Positions 27,257-37,439 of a stretch of 40,000 nucleotides of DNA are shown piece by piece. The stretch covers positions 3,274 through 43,273 of the forward strand of contig JAHHID010000001.1 of NCBI GenBank assembly GCA_019359015.1, given 5' to 3'. The notes beneath the pieces were generated by a model that was given only the letters and a program-made list of their open reading frames with translations, was not told where the DNA came from and searched no databases. The DNA comes from Spirirestis rafaelensis WJT71-NPBG6 (GTDB lineage Bacteria > Cyanobacteriota > Cyanobacteriia > Cyanobacteriales > Nostocaceae). A program made the position numbers and the translations under genes. The first letter of the stretch is position 1, and the number at the start of each line of letters is the position of its first letter.

Positions 27257-27327
27257 GGGAATACAAAATTCAAAATTAAAAATTCAAAGTTCTGAATTTT
27301 GCATTCTGAGTTTTGAATCATATTCCC
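27257..27327. repeat. AATTCAA-type heptamer hairpin between nifD and nifK
   Basis: gggaatacaaaattcaaaattaaaaattcaaag faces ctgaattttgcattctgagttttgaatcatattccc. It is preceded by the small hairpin agcctggggctaaaaccccagg. Confidence 0.55.
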
Positions 27328-27407
27328 GCTTTCCATCCCTTGTAAGATGCGGGATTTTCCCCGCTCCTCCCCTCACGTAACGACTACAGCAGCTTGGAGA
27401 ATTAGAA

Positions 27408-28943
27408 ATGCCTCAGAATCCGGAAAATATTCAGGATCACGTCGAATTATTCCACCAACCGGAATACCAAGAGCTATTTGAAAACAAAAAGAAATTTGAA
27501 AACGGACACGCCCCCGAAGAAGTTGCGCGTGTTGCAGAATGGACGAAGGGTTGGGAGTATCGTGAAAAGAACTTCGCCCGTGAAGCATTGACCGTTAACC
27601 CCGCTAAAGGTTGTCAACCATTGGGCGCAATCTTCGCTGCTGTTGGTTTTGCAGGCACTCTACCTTTTGTCCAAGGTTCTCAAGGTTGCGTTGCTTACTT
27701 CCGCACCCACTTAACCCGTCACTACAAAGAACCGTTTTCTGGCGTCAGTTCTTCAATGACAGAAGACGCAGCGGTGTTTGGTGGTCTGCAAAACATGATT
27801 GATGGGTTGGCAAACTCTTACCAACTCTACAAGCCAAAGATGATTGCTGTCTGCACCACCTGTATGGCAGAAGTAATTGGTGATGACTTGCAGTCTTTCA
27901 TCAACAACGCCAAGGAAGCTGGTTCAGTTCCTCAAGAATTTCCAGTACCTTATGCTCACACTCCTAGCTTTGTTGGTTCCCACATCACAGGCTACGATAA
28001 CATGATGAAGGGTATTCTTTCTAACTTGACCGCAGGTCATAAGAAAGAAACCAGCAATGGCAAAATCAACTTTATTCCTGGCTTTGATACCTACGTTGGT
28101 AATAACCGGGAAATCAAGCGGATTTGCGAAATGATGGGCATCGATTACACCATCTTGGCAGACAACAGCGATTATCTAGATTCACCCAACACAGGTGAAT
28201 TTGATATGTACCCAGGTGGTACTCCGCTAGAAGATGCAGCAGATTCGATTAATGCTAAAGCCACAATCGCCCTGCAAGCGCACTCTACCGCCAAAACCCG
28301 CGAGTACATTGAAAAAGAGTGGCAGCAACCAACCGTAGTTTCTCGTCCTTGGGGTATTAAGGGTACTGATGAGTTCTTAATGAAACTCAGCGAACTAACT
28401 GGTAAACCCATTCCCAAAGAACTAGAAATCGAACGCGGTCGCGCAGTTGATGCGATGACTGACTCTCATTCATGGCTTCACGGCAAGCGCTTCGCTATCT
28501 ACGGCGATCCAGATTTAGTTTACAGCGTAGTCGGCTTCATGCTGGAAATGGGTGCTGAACCCGTGCATATCTTGGTTCACAACAGCAATGAAAACTTTGA
28601 GCAAGAACTCAAAGAGTTGCTAGCTTCTTACGCTAACGGTAAGAGTGCTACTCTGTGGGCTGGTAAAGATTTGTGGCACATGCGTTCTTTGCTGTTCACC
28701 GAACCCGTAGACTTACTCATCGGTAACTCCTACGGTAAGTACCTGTGGCGCGATTGCAAAGTTCCTCTGGTTCGCATCGGCTATCCCATCATGGATCGTC
28801 ACCACATGCACCGTTACGCCACCGTCGGTTATCAAGGCATCATCAACTTGCTCAACTGGGTTGTTAACACCGTGTTCGAGGAAATCGATCACAACACCAA
28901 CATTCCTTCTAAAACTGATATTTCTTACGACTTAATTCGTTAG
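27408..28943 (+). CDS. nifK: Nitrogenase MoFe protein beta chain
   Basis: 511 aa: ...[38 protein letters not shown]...[12 protein letters not shown].... Confidence 0.97.
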   Translation: MPQNPENIQDHVELFHQPEYQELFENKKKFENGHAPEEVARVAEWTKGWEYREKNFAREALTVNPAKGCQPLGAIFAAVGFAGTLPFVQGSQGCVAYFRTHLTRHYKEPFSGVSSSMTEDAAVFGGLQNMIDGLANSYQLYKPKMIAVCTTCMAEVIGDDLQSFINNAKEAGSVPQEFPVPYAHTPSFVGSHITGYDNMMKGILSNLTAGHKKETSNGKINFIPGFDTYVGNNREIKRICEMMGIDYTILADNSDYLDSPNTGEFDMYPGGTPLEDAADSINAKATIALQAHSTAKTREYIEKEWQQPTVVSRPWGIKGTDEFLMKLSELTGKPIPKELEIERGRAVDAMTDSHSWLHGKRFAIYGDPDLVYSVVGFMLEMGAEPVHILVHNSNENFEQELKELLASYANGKSATLWAGKDLWHMRSLLFTEPVDLLIGNSYGKYLWRDCKVPLVRIGYPIMDRHHMHRYATVGYQGIINLLNWVVNTVFEEIDHNTNIPSKTDISYDLIR

Positions 28944-28965
28944 AAATTTCATCTTCGTTTGCCAC

Positions 28966-29097
28966 AAAAGGAAAAGGAGTAAGGTGACTGGGGACTAGGG
29001 ACTGATTGTACTGGGGACTGGGAGAAGGATCTTTCCAATTCCCAGCACCCAATCGCCAGTACCCAATCCCCAGTACCTAATTTTCCTTTTTCCTTTT
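28966..29097. repeat. Large STRR1 hairpin 3' of nifK
   Basis: aaaaggaaaaggagtaaggtgactggggactagggactg...ctggggactggg faces cccagcacccaatcgccagtacccaatccccagtacctaattttcctttttcctttt. Confidence 0.6.
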
Positions 29098-29120
29098 AGC
29101 TGTTTCTTGAGGTTTCTATT

Positions 29121-29465
29121 ATGAAATCTATAACTCCCGCTCACGAACACAATCACACTCATCCGCACCCAAGTTTACGTCCACCGAAGTATAAGAAACC
29201 TGGCTCATTTGATATTTTATATCCTTTGCGCCGGCTGGTAGATAACGCTGAAGTTAAAAATGCTCGCATCGCTCATTTAATCTGCCAAATCATTCCTTGC
29301 GGTTGCCCCTTTGAGCGAAGCATAAACTTATTTGGACGGACTTTACACATCCCCCCACTGTGCAATCTTAATCCTTTGTATGATGAGTTTATCGGATTGC
29401 GTTTCCGTGCCTTATCTTATCTTACTGATGTTTGTGGCGAAGATGTCACTAAATATATTTGTTAA
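29121..29465 (+). CDS. Mo-dependent nitrogenase C-terminal-domain family protein
   Basis: 114 aa: ...LRRLVDNAEVKNARIAHLICQIIPCGCPFER.I.LFGRTLHIPPLCNLNPLYDEFIGLRFRALSYL. It occupies the conserved cyanobacterial nifK-nifE position and has a His-rich N-terminus (HEHNHTHPHP). Confidence 0.8.
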   Translation: MKSITPAHEHNHTHPHPSLRPPKYKKPGSFDILYPLRRLVDNAEVKNARIAHLICQIIPCGCPFERSINLFGRTLHIPPLCNLNPLYDEFIGLRFRALSYLTDVCGEDVTKYIC

Positions 29466-29583
29466 TAGTTAGTGGATAGTGGTTAGTAGTTAGTAGATAG
29501 CGGTATTTTTTGACACCGCTCCAACTAACAACGCTCCAACTAACACCGCTCCAACTAACAACCAACAATTAACTACTTACAAC
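29466..29583. repeat. STRR heptamer hairpin (TTAGTGG/TTAGTAG versus CCAACTAACA) upstream of nifE
   Basis: tagttagtggatagtggttagtagttagtagatagcgg faces caccgctccaactaacaacgctccaactaacaccgctccaactaacaacc. Confidence 0.6.
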
Positions 29584-29606
29584 TTCCATCCAGCGCGAGG
29601 AATGAA

Positions 29607-31049
29607 ATGAAAATTACCCAAGGCAAAATTAACGAGCTGCTCAGTGAAACGGGATGCGAACATAATACCCAGAAACATGGAGAAAAGAAAAATAAATCTT
29701 GCACGCAACAAGCACAACCAGGAGCTGCTCAAGGGGGATGCGCTTTTGATGGTGCAATGATTGCCCTAGTGCCAATTACTGATGCTGCTCATTTAGTCCA
29801 CGGTCCGATCGCTTGCGCTGGTAATTCTTGGGGAAGTCGTGGTAGTCTGTCTTCGGGTCCTCAACTTTACAAAATGGGTTTCACCACCGATTTAACCGAA
29901 AATGATGTCATCTTCGGTGGCGAAAAGAAGCTCTACAAAGCCATTTTGGAATTGCAACAACGCTACAACCCGACGGCGATATTTGTCTATACTACTTGTG
30001 TTCCAGCTTTAACTGGCGATGATATCGATGCAGTTTGCAAAGCTGCGGCTGAGAAAATAGGAAAGCCTGTTGTCCCCGTAGTTTCCCCAGGATTTATTGG
30101 TAGCAAAAATCTCGGTAATCGCTTTGGCGGTGAAGCTTTATTAGAATACGTTGTTGGCACTCGCGAACCTGAGTATACAACGCCACTAGACATTAATCTC
30201 ATCGGTGAATACAACATCGCCGGGGAAATGTGGGCAGTTCTGAAATTATTTGAAAAACTCGGCATCCGCGTTTTGTCGAAAATCACTGGTGATGCTCGCT
30301 ACGAAGAAGTTTGTCACGCTCACCGCGCGAAGCTGAATGTGATGATTTGCTCGAAAGCGCTGCTCAACATGGCGAGAAAGATGGAGGAGCGTTACGGCAT
30401 TCCTTACATTGAAGAGTCTTTCTACGGTGTAGATGACATGAACCGCTGCCTGCGAAATATTGCCGAAAAGCTGGGTGATGAAGATTTAAAACAACGCACC
30501 GAAAAGCTGATCGCCGAAGAAACGGCTGCTTTAGATTTAGCATTAGCTCCTTACCGCGCTCGACTCAAAGGCAAGCGAGTTGTCCTTTATACCGGAGGCG
30601 TGAAGAGTTGGTCAATTATCTCAGCAGCTAAGGACTTGGGGATCGAAGTTGTTGCTACCAGTACTAGAAAAAGTACGGAAGAGGACAAAGCCCGAATCAG
30701 AAAGTTGATCGGTAACGATGGCATCATGATGGAAAAGGGCAACGCCAAAGAACTGTTGCAATTAGTTAAAGATACAAAAGCTGATATGTTAATTGCGGGT
30801 GGTCGCAATCAATACACCGCTCTGAAAGCGCGGATTCCTTTCTTAGATATTAATCAAGAACGCCATCATCCTTACGCTGGTTATGTGGGGATGGTAGAAA
30901 TGGCAAGAGAACTGTATGAGGCTCTCTACAGCCCTGTGTGGGAGCAAATCCGCAAACCTGCACCGTGGGATGAGGACACAGGGACACGGGGACACGGAGA
31001 TAACTCTACTTTCTCAACTGCTTCCCTAGCTTTATTGGAGGACAGCTAA
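29607..31049 (+). CDS. nifE: FeMo-cofactor biosynthesis scaffold NifE
   Basis: 480 aa: [32 protein letters not shown]...[17 protein letters not shown]. The stop overlaps the nifN ATG (TAATG). Confidence 0.95.
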   Translation: MKITQGKINELLSETGCEHNTQKHGEKKNKSCTQQAQPGAAQGGCAFDGAMIALVPITDAAHLVHGPIACAGNSWGSRGSLSSGPQLYKMGFTTDLTENDVIFGGEKKLYKAILELQQRYNPTAIFVYTTCVPALTGDDIDAVCKAAAEKIGKPVVPVVSPGFIGSKNLGNRFGGEALLEYVVGTREPEYTTPLDINLIGEYNIAGEMWAVLKLFEKLGIRVLSKITGDARYEEVCHAHRAKLNVMICSKALLNMARKMEERYGIPYIEESFYGVDDMNRCLRNIAEKLGDEDLKQRTEKLIAEETAALDLALAPYRARLKGKRVVLYTGGVKSWSIISAAKDLGIEVVATSTRKSTEEDKARIRKLIGNDGIMMEKGNAKELLQLVKDTKADMLIAGGRNQYTALKARIPFLDINQERHHPYAGYVGMVEMARELYEALYSPVWEQIRKPAPWDEDTGTRGHGDNSTFSTASLALLEDS

Positions 31050-32368
31050 TGGCGATCGTTACTGTTCCCAACAAATCACTGACGGTTAATCCCCTGAAGC
31101 AAAGCCAAGCTTTGGGTGCATCTTTAGCCTTTTTAGGTTTAAAGGGGACAATACCTTTATTCCACGGTTCCCAAGGCTGTACTGCTTTCGCTAAAGTTGT
31201 TTTGGTGCGACATTTCCGGGAAGCGATTCCCCTCGCGACAACAGCGATGACGGAAGTCACCACTATTTTGGGTGGTGAGGAAAATGTCGAACAGGCAATT
31301 CTGACGCTGGTAGAGAAGTCAAACCCAGAAATTATTGGTTTATGTAGCACTGGTTTGACGGAAACCAGAGGGGATGACATCGAGGGTTTCCTGAAGGAAA
31401 TCCGCCAAAGTCATCCAGAATTGGATCGTTTGGCGATCGTTTTTGCCCCGACACCAGATTTTAAAGGTGCGCTACAAGACGGTTTTGCTGCCGCAGTTGA
31501 AAGTATAGTAACAGAAGTTCCCCAAGAAGGTATCACCAAACCAGACCAAATCACGATTTTGGCAGGTTCTGCTTTCACACCAGGGGATGTACAGGAAGTA
31601 AAAGAGATCGTCACTGCCTTTGGACTAAAGCCTATCTTTGTGCCGGATCTTTCCGCTTCATTAGATGGTCACTTAGATGATTCTTATAGTGCCATAACAG
31701 GTGGTGGTACGACTCTGGCAGAATTGCGAGAAATAGGTAGTTCAGCGTTTACTTTGGCGCTGGGTGAGAGTATGAGGGGTGCAGCAGAGATTTTACAACA
31801 ACGGTTTGCTATACCTTACGAGTTGTTTAGTGAACTGACTGGTTTGGAAGCGATGGACGAGTTTTTACAAGCTTTGTCAGACCTTAGTGGTGTTAGTGTA
31901 CCAGAAAAATATCGTCGCCAACGCCGTCAGTTACAAGATGCAATGTTGGATACGCACTTTTATTTTGGTGCGAAGCGTGTTTCTTTGGCGTTGGAACCGG
32001 ATTTACTTTGGTCAATAGTGCGCTTTCTGCAATCGATGGGGACGCAAGTACATGCTGCGGTGACGACAACGCGATCGCCTTTATTAGAAAAACTCCCGGT
32101 AAAAAATGTAACTATCGGTGATTTGGAGGATTTTGAGGAATTGGCGGTAGGTTCAGATTTGCTCTTTGGTAACTCTAATCTGAAGGCGATCGCGCTTCGT
32201 CTCGATATTCCTCTTTATCGTCTGGGTATTCCCATTTATGACCGCTTGGGTAATGGTCAATTTACCAAAGTTGGCTACCGAGGCACTATGCAGCTTTTGT
32301 TTGACATTGGCAATCTGTTTTTAGAGCAGGAAGAAGAAAAAGCAAAACATTTTTCTGGTAATTGGTAA
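31049..32368 (+). CDS. nifN: FeMo-cofactor biosynthesis scaffold NifN
   Basis: 439 aa: KSLTVNPLKQSQALGASLAFLGLKGTIPLFHGSQGCTAFAKV.... Confidence 0.93.
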   Translation: MAIVTVPNKSLTVNPLKQSQALGASLAFLGLKGTIPLFHGSQGCTAFAKVVLVRHFREAIPLATTAMTEVTTILGGEENVEQAILTLVEKSNPEIIGLCSTGLTETRGDDIEGFLKEIRQSHPELDRLAIVFAPTPDFKGALQDGFAAAVESIVTEVPQEGITKPDQITILAGSAFTPGDVQEVKEIVTAFGLKPIFVPDLSASLDGHLDDSYSAITGGGTTLAELREIGSSAFTLALGESMRGAAEILQQRFAIPYELFSELTGLEAMDEFLQALSDLSGVSVPEKYRRQRRQLQDAMLDTHFYFGAKRVSLALEPDLLWSIVRFLQSMGTQVHAAVTTTRSPLLEKLPVKNVTIGDLEDFEELAVGSDLLFGNSNLKAIALRLDIPLYRLGIPIYDRLGNGQFTKVGYRGTMQLLFDIGNLFLEQEEEKAKHFSGNW

Positions 32369-32420
32369 TAGCAATTTACAGTTACCAATTACCAATTACC
32401 ACCAAACATGAGGAGAACGG

Positions 32421-32834
32421 ATGAAAATTGCTTTCACGACTAGTGATAGAGTTCATATTAATGCTCACTTTGGTTCGACAAAGGAAATTGATGTTTATGA
32501 AATCTCTGATGAGGGATATCAATTTGTCGAAACTATCACCTTCGAGGGTGATTTGAAAGAAGATGGTAATGAGGATAAGTTAGCACCAAAGCTAGAGGCT
32601 TTAGCTGATTGTACGATTGTTTATGTAACGGCGATCGGTGGTAGTGCAGCAGCTCGATTAATCAAGAAAAATGTCACACCAATTAAAGCGCGATCGGAAG
32701 AAGAAGAGATTGCTGAGGTGTTGAATAAGTTGGTGACAACTCTTAAAGGAAATCCTCCACCTTGGCTGCGTAAAGCCTTACAACAAAAAACCTCTAATTT
32801 TCAAGATGAATTAGAAGAGGAAGCAACTGTATGA
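32421..32834 (+). CDS. nifX: NifX
   Basis: 137 aa: MKIAFTTSDRVHINAHFGSTKEIDVYEISDEGYQFVETITF...CTIVYVTAIGGSAAARLIKKNVTPIK, a dinitrogenase FeMo-cofactor-binding fold. Confidence 0.9.
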   Translation: MKIAFTTSDRVHINAHFGSTKEIDVYEISDEGYQFVETITFEGDLKEDGNEDKLAPKLEALADCTIVYVTAIGGSAAARLIKKNVTPIKARSEEEEIAEVLNKLVTTLKGNPPPWLRKALQQKTSNFQDELEEEATV

Positions 32835-33307
32835 CGGTAAATAATAGTGTTAATGGAACCGCCCAAAGCGATATTTTAAAGGCTCCTTTCCTGAAGACAT
32901 TAATCAGCCAAATCCGTGGTCAAGATAGCTATGGATTTTACCGAAATTGGACTGATGAATTGATTTTGAAACCTTTTGTTGTTACTAAACAAAAGAAACG
33001 CGAAATCTCTCTTGAGGGTGAAGTCGATCCGGCAACTCAGGCACGGATTATGGTATTTTTTCGCGCTATAGCCGCGAGTATTGAAAAAGAAACAAATCTC
33101 ATTTCTCAGGTTGTGGTTGATTTGAACCATGAAGGATTTGGCTGGGTGCTAGTATTTTCTGGTCGTCTTTTGTTAGTTAAAAGAGCTTTGCGAGATGCTC
33201 ACCGCTTTGGCTTTGACTCTTTAGAAAAGTTGGCAGAAGAAGGCGAAAGTCTAGTAGCAAAAGGGCTGGAATTAGCGAAAAATTTTCCAGAAGTTAGCGA
33301 TTTTTAA
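32831..33307 (+). CDS. NifX-associated nitrogen fixation protein (DUF269 family)
   Basis: 158 aa. The start overlaps the nifX stop (ATGA). It sits in the conserved nifX-downstream position and contains ...DPATQARIMVFFRAIAASIEKETN...NHEGFGWVLVFSGRLLLV. Confidence 0.85.
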   Translation: MTVNNSVNGTAQSDILKAPFLKTLISQIRGQDSYGFYRNWTDELILKPFVVTKQKKREISLEGEVDPATQARIMVFFRAIAASIEKETNLISQVVVDLNHEGFGWVLVFSGRLLLVKRALRDAHRFGFDSLEKLAEEGESLVAKGLELAKNFPEVSDF

Positions 33308-33310
33308 GAA

Positions 33311-33377
33311 GTTATGAGTTAGTAGTTAGGAATTAGGAATTAAATAACTCCTAACTCGTAACTCATCATTCCTAACT
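33311..33377. repeat. STRR heptamer hairpin (GTTAGGA / TCCTAAC)
   Basis: gttatgagttagtagttaggaattaggaatt faces aactcctaactcgtaactcatcattcctaac. Confidence 0.55.
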
Positions 33378-33386
33378 TTTCTATAA

Positions 33387-33617
33387 ATGGAGATGCTTAT
33401 GGCGCAAGTCGAAGAAACAAGTGTTGAGGAGCTAAAAACTAAAATTAAACGCCTCAATAGTAAAGCAGGTCAAATGAAGATGGATCTGCACGATTTAGCT
33501 GAGGGTTTGCCCACAGATTACAAAACACTTATGGATGTTGCTGCAAGTACTTATGAAATATATCGTCAGTTAGACGAACTGAAGCAACAGGTAAATAAAT
33601 TGGAGCAGCAAAAATGA
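33387..33617 (+). CDS. Small coiled-coil nif-cluster protein (DUF683 / CCE_0567 / Rop-like family)
   Basis: 76 aa: LKTKIKRLNSKAGQMKMDLHDLAEGLPTDY..L..VA..TYEIYRQLDELKQQ. It lies immediately before nifW with a 4-nt overlap. Confidence 0.75.
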   Translation: MEMLMAQVEETSVEELKTKIKRLNSKAGQMKMDLHDLAEGLPTDYKTLMDVAASTYEIYRQLDELKQQVNKLEQQK

Positions 33618-33931
33618 ACACTAATCTTGAGCAGTTCAATAAGATTGTCGATGCTGAGGAGTATTTTCAGTTTTTTCAACTCCCCTACGACCAAAAATTT
33701 GTAAATGTGAATCGTTTGCACATTTTAAAAAAGTTCTCTCAATACATGAAGGAAATTGATGCCAATTCTCCTGATTTAAGTGTAGAAGATAGACTCAAGC
33801 AATATTGTGAAGCTTTGCAAAAGGCTTATCAAGTTTTTGAAGAATCAACACCCCAAGAACAAAAGTTGTTCAAGGTGTTTAACGATAAGCCGAAAAATGT
33901 AGTCACGCTGACAGAAATCACGTCTGATTAG
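33614..33931 (+). CDS. nifW: Nitrogenase-stabilizing/protective protein NifW
   Basis: 105 aa: AEEYFQFFQLPYDQKFVNVNRLHILKKFSQYM.... Confidence 0.88.
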   Translation: MNTNLEQFNKIVDAEEYFQFFQLPYDQKFVNVNRLHILKKFSQYMKEIDANSPDLSVEDRLKQYCEALQKAYQVFEESTPQEQKLFKVFNDKPKNVVTLTEITSD

Positions 33932-33941
33932 GAGGTAAAAA

Positions 33942-34745
33942 TTGGTTAACCTGACGCCTACCGAGTTAGAACGTTACAGCCGCCAAATGATGCTCCCTAA
34001 TTTTGGCGAACTGGCTCAGAAGCGCCTTAAGTCAGCGACTGTTCTGGTTACAGGTGTGGGGGGATTGGGTGGTACGGCAGCGCTTTATTTAGCAGTAGCG
34101 GGTGTCGGACGGCTAATCCTAGTCCGGGGTGGCGATCTGCGACTTGATGATATGAATCGTCAGGTTCTCATGACGGATGATTGGGTAGGTAAGCCGAGGG
34201 TATTCAAAGCACAAGAGACTTTGCAAGCCATCAATCCTGATGTCCAGATAGAAGTAGTTCATGATTATATCACCCCGGAAAATGTGGATTCGTTGGTGCA
34301 ATCGGCAGATATGGCTCTCGATTGCGCTCACAATTTTACGGAGCGCAATTTGCTCAATGAAGCTTGTGTGCGCTGGCGCAAACCGATGGTAGAAGCGGCT
34401 ATGGACGGTATGGAGGCTTATCTGACGACGATTATTCCTGGTGTGACTCCTTGTTTGTCTTGTCTGTTTCCGGAAAAACCTGATTGGGATCGGCGTGGTT
34501 TTTCTGTTTTGGGTGCTGTTTCTGGGACATTGGCTTGTCTCACAGCCCTGGAAGCTGTCAAGTTGATCACTGGGTTTAGTCAGCCTTTGTTGTCGCAATT
34601 GCTGACAATCGATTTTACCAGGATGGAATTTGCCAAGCGCCGTTCTCACCGCGATCGCTCTTGTCCGGTGTGTGGTAACAACGCACCTTGGCGATATGTG
34701 CAATCCCAAGCGATGGAAACCACCACTATGGGGACTAGGGATTAG
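33942..34745 (+). CDS. hesA: HesA (ThiF/MoeB-family adenylyltransferase-like)
   Basis: A TTG start follows GGAGG. Contains LTPTELERYSRQMMLPNFGE.AQKRLK...VTGVGGLGG and two CxxC pairs (CLSC, CPVC). Confidence 0.9.
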   Translation: MVNLTPTELERYSRQMMLPNFGELAQKRLKSATVLVTGVGGLGGTAALYLAVAGVGRLILVRGGDLRLDDMNRQVLMTDDWVGKPRVFKAQETLQAINPDVQIEVVHDYITPENVDSLVQSADMALDCAHNFTERNLLNEACVRWRKPMVEAAMDGMEAYLTTIIPGVTPCLSCLFPEKPDWDRRGFSVLGAVSGTLACLTALEAVKLITGFSQPLLSQLLTIDFTRMEFAKRRSHRDRSCPVCGNNAPWRYVQSQAMETTTMGTRD

Positions 34746-34830
34746 GGACACAAAAATTCAAAATTCAAAACTCACGCATTCAAAAAAATAATTTTGAGTT
34801 TTGCATTTTTAGTTTCCCAAACGCATAATC
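34728..34830. repeat. STRR hairpin spanning the hesA stop codon and the hesA-hesB spacer
   Basis: ggggactagggattagggacacaaaaattcaaaattcaaaactcacgcattcaaaaaaataattttgagttttgcatttttagtttccc. Confidence 0.5.
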
Positions 34831-34884
34831 CCGCACCAAAGACATTTTATCAGAACAATTAATCGCAACTTATCAGGAGATTAG

Positions 34885-35265
34885 ATGACTGTTACTTTGA
34901 CAGAAAAAGCAGAATTTCGCCTGCGAACATTTCTGCTGGGTTCTACACCCGATAACAATACAGTAGCAGTAGAAACTAAAGGTGTTCGCCTTTGTGTTAA
35001 AGATGGCGGTTGCAGTGGCTATGAGTATGCAATTGAGATCACCAGCAAACCACAACCAGATGATTTGGTGATTGAGCAAGGTAAAGTACTGCTTTATGTT
35101 GATGCGAAAAGTGCGCCTTTATTAGAAGGTGTGGTAATCGATTTCATCGACGGTGTGATGGAAAGCGGCTTTAAGTTTACCAATCCTAATGCAACTGATA
35201 ACTGTAGTTGTGGCAAGTCATTTAAGGCTGGTGACTGTACGCCTGACGCTGTACCTTGCAGCTAA
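34885..35265 (+). CDS. hesB: HesB / IscA-family Fe-S assembly protein
   Basis: 126 aa: GVRLCVKDGGCSGYEY...F.F.NPNA...CSCG.SF. Confidence 0.9.
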   Translation: MTVTLTEKAEFRLRTFLLGSTPDNNTVAVETKGVRLCVKDGGCSGYEYAIEITSKPQPDDLVIEQGKVLLYVDAKSAPLLEGVVIDFIDGVMESGFKFTNPNATDNCSCGKSFKAGDCTPDAVPCS

Positions 35266-35269
35266 AAAA

Positions 35270-35362
35270 ATTCCAAATTCTAAATGATAAAATCCATATC
35301 TGATAAGAATTTTCGGTGCTGAATTATCTTCTTTCAGATTGGATATTTAGGATTTTGAATAC
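35270..35362. repeat. AT-rich inverted repeat between hesB and fdxH
   Basis: attccaaattctaaatgataaaatccatatctgataagaa faces ttctttcagattggatatttaggattttgaat. Confidence 0.5.
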
Positions 35363-35449
35363 AAAAAGCTACACAAGTAGGGAGCTTTAAATTCCACTTT
35401 TGTGGAGTCATCCAACCTAATTGTATTAAAGTCTGAGGAGAATCACGAA

Positions 35450-35749
35450 ATGGCTACCTACAAAGTTAGATTAATCAACAAAAAACAAGACCTTGATACA
35501 ACAATTGAAATTGACGAAGAGACTACCATTTTAGACGCAGCAGAAGAAGAAGGTATTGAATTACCTTTCTCTTGTCACGCAGGTGCTTGCTCTAGTTGTG
35601 TTGGTAAAGTTGTTGAAGGTGAAATAGATCAATCTGACCAATCTTTCTTGGATGATGAGCAGATGGAGAAAGGATTCGCTCTACTTTGTGTTACCTATCC
35701 ACGTTCTGATTGTACGATTCGCACTCATCAAGAACCATATCTGGTCTAA
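35450..35749 (+). CDS. fdxH: Heterocyst-type plant-like [2Fe-2S] ferredoxin
   Basis: 99 aa from the ATG at 35450 (GAGGAG upstream): [56 protein letters not shown]...LLCV.YP. Confidence 0.92.
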   Translation: MATYKVRLINKKQDLDTTIEIDEETTILDAAEEEGIELPFSCHAGACSSCVGKVVEGEIDQSDQSFLDDEQMEKGFALLCVTYPRSDCTIRTHQEPYLV

Positions 35750-35925
35750 ACTGTTGATTAGTTTTTAGTTTCGCCTAATGTTGAAGTCGTAGCTTTTTTA
35801 AAGCTATGGCTTCTTAATTATATTTATTTTTTCAATATTTAAACATAAATAAAAGTCTCTTTTTTACTCAGCACTTCAGTCATGAAAATTATTATGAGCG
35901 CTGAAGCTCTCACTACCTAATGTAA

Positions 35926-36180
35926 ATGTTTACTCCATTTGATGTTATTGGGTGTTCATTAATTTTGTTGCAGGAAGGAGAGCAAGGAATTGTCACTTTC
36001 TGTAAAAATCAGGACGAAATTGTTTTAAAAAAACTGATATCAATGGAAGTGGTGCCAGGAACTATCATCACTTTAGAAGAAAGACTCCCCTCTTTTTTCA
36101 TCAAAGTAGGAAACAAACGCTGGCAAATAGATAAGGAAGTTGCTTGCGCTATTTATGTGCGTGTTGTTAATAGTGGCTGA
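35926..36180 (+). CDS. FeoA-domain protein (no feoB nearby)
   Basis: 84 aa: L..L.EGEQGIV........L.KL.SMEVVPGT.I.L..R.P....KVGN.R..IDKEVA.AIYV, an SH3-like FeoA pattern. Confidence 0.65.
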   Translation: MFTPFDVIGCSLILLQEGEQGIVTFCKNQDEIVLKKLISMEVVPGTIITLEERLPSFFIKVGNKRWQIDKEVACAIYVRVVNSG

Positions 36181-36332
36181 TTATGATGTCGCGTATTATT
36201 CGCCCTCAGCATGGAATGCTGGGGCTATACGAACAAAGTCCGCCTGCGCGGACTAAAGAAGAAGTGCAAGAGGGGAGTTTTAGCTATTAGGAAATAGGGG
36301 ATATTTTCCACAATTGAGGAATTCGTGAACTT

Positions 36333-37274
36333 ATGAACGGGACGACGGCGCAACGCCACTATAAAAATGTTTTACAAGTTTTTCAAGATTACTATCAGCT
36401 AACAAAGCCTCGGATTATTCCGCTGCTTTTGATTACTACGGCTGCTAGTATGGCGATCGCCTCTGCTGGAAAACTAGACCCGCTGTTGCTGCTATTAACC
36501 ATGATTGGTGGTACTTGTGCGACTGCTAGCGCCCAAACAATCAATTGTATCTACGATAGTGATATTGATTATGAAATGGAACGCACGCGCAATAGACCGA
36601 TGCCTTCTGGTCGCGTGCAGCCATTACATGCTCTGATATTTGCGATCGCTCTGGCTTGTATTTCTTTCACGGTGCTGGCAGTATATGTTAATCTGTTAAG
36701 TGCTTTGTTAGCGATGTCTGGTATCGCCTTCTACGTGGGCATTTACACGCATTTGCTCAAACGCCATACTCCCTACAATATCGTCATTGGCGGCGCAGCA
36801 GGTGCAATTCCGGCGTTGGTGGGTTGGGCAGCGGTGACAAATACCTTAAGCTGGACAGCATGGTTGATTTTTGCGATCGTGTTCTTATGGACACCTCCTC
36901 ATTTTTGGGCATTGGCGTTAATGATCCGCGATGAATATGCCAAAGTAGGTGTGCCGATGCTGCCGGTGGTTACTGATAATATTGCCACGGCGCGTCAGAT
37001 TTGGCGATACACTTTGGTGGTTATCCCTAGCACGTTTTTATTAATTTATCCTCTTCACGCTTCGGGAATAATTTATGGTGCGATCGCCTTTATTTTAGGG
37101 GCGATTTTTATTATGAAAGCTTGGTCGCTGTTGCAGAATCCGGATGATAAACAATTAGCGCGATCGCTTTTTCTCTACTCGATTCTCTACATGATGTTGC
37201 TGTGCGCTGCAATGGTAGTTGATAGCCTACCCATCACCCATCATTTGATTGAGCTACTAAGCCCTGGCGAATAA
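36333..37274 (+). CDS. ctaB: Protoheme IX farnesyltransferase (heme O synthase)
   Basis: 313 aa polytopic UbiA-family protein: [17 protein letters not shown]...[19 protein letters not shown]...PPHFWALAL. Confidence 0.9.
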   Translation: MNGTTAQRHYKNVLQVFQDYYQLTKPRIIPLLLITTAASMAIASAGKLDPLLLLLTMIGGTCATASAQTINCIYDSDIDYEMERTRNRPMPSGRVQPLHALIFAIALACISFTVLAVYVNLLSALLAMSGIAFYVGIYTHLLKRHTPYNIVIGGAAGAIPALVGWAAVTNTLSWTAWLIFAIVFLWTPPHFWALALMIRDEYAKVGVPMLPVVTDNIATARQIWRYTLVVIPSTFLLIYPLHASGIIYGAIAFILGAIFIMKAWSLLQNPDDKQLARSLFLYSILYMMLLCAAMVVDSLPITHHLIELLSPGE

Positions 37275-37439
37275 AATTCGCGGAGTTTACGGGCACACAA
37301 ACGTTCGCGTAGCGTCCCGCAGGGAAGTCCACCTACGTGGACTAAAAAACATTGTGGCTTTTAAACCCGCCTACGCGGGTTTTGTCTGTGTAGATGCGAA
37401 TTCCATTCGCCCTTTTCATAACCCAAGAAAGGAGTAATT

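Noticed and set aside
34119-34751. A 210-aa ORF antisense to hesA
   Set aside because: It is completely overlapped by hesA, which has clear ThiF-family signatures. The antisense translation is Arg/His/Ser-rich low complexity with no start context. It looks like a typical shadow ORF.
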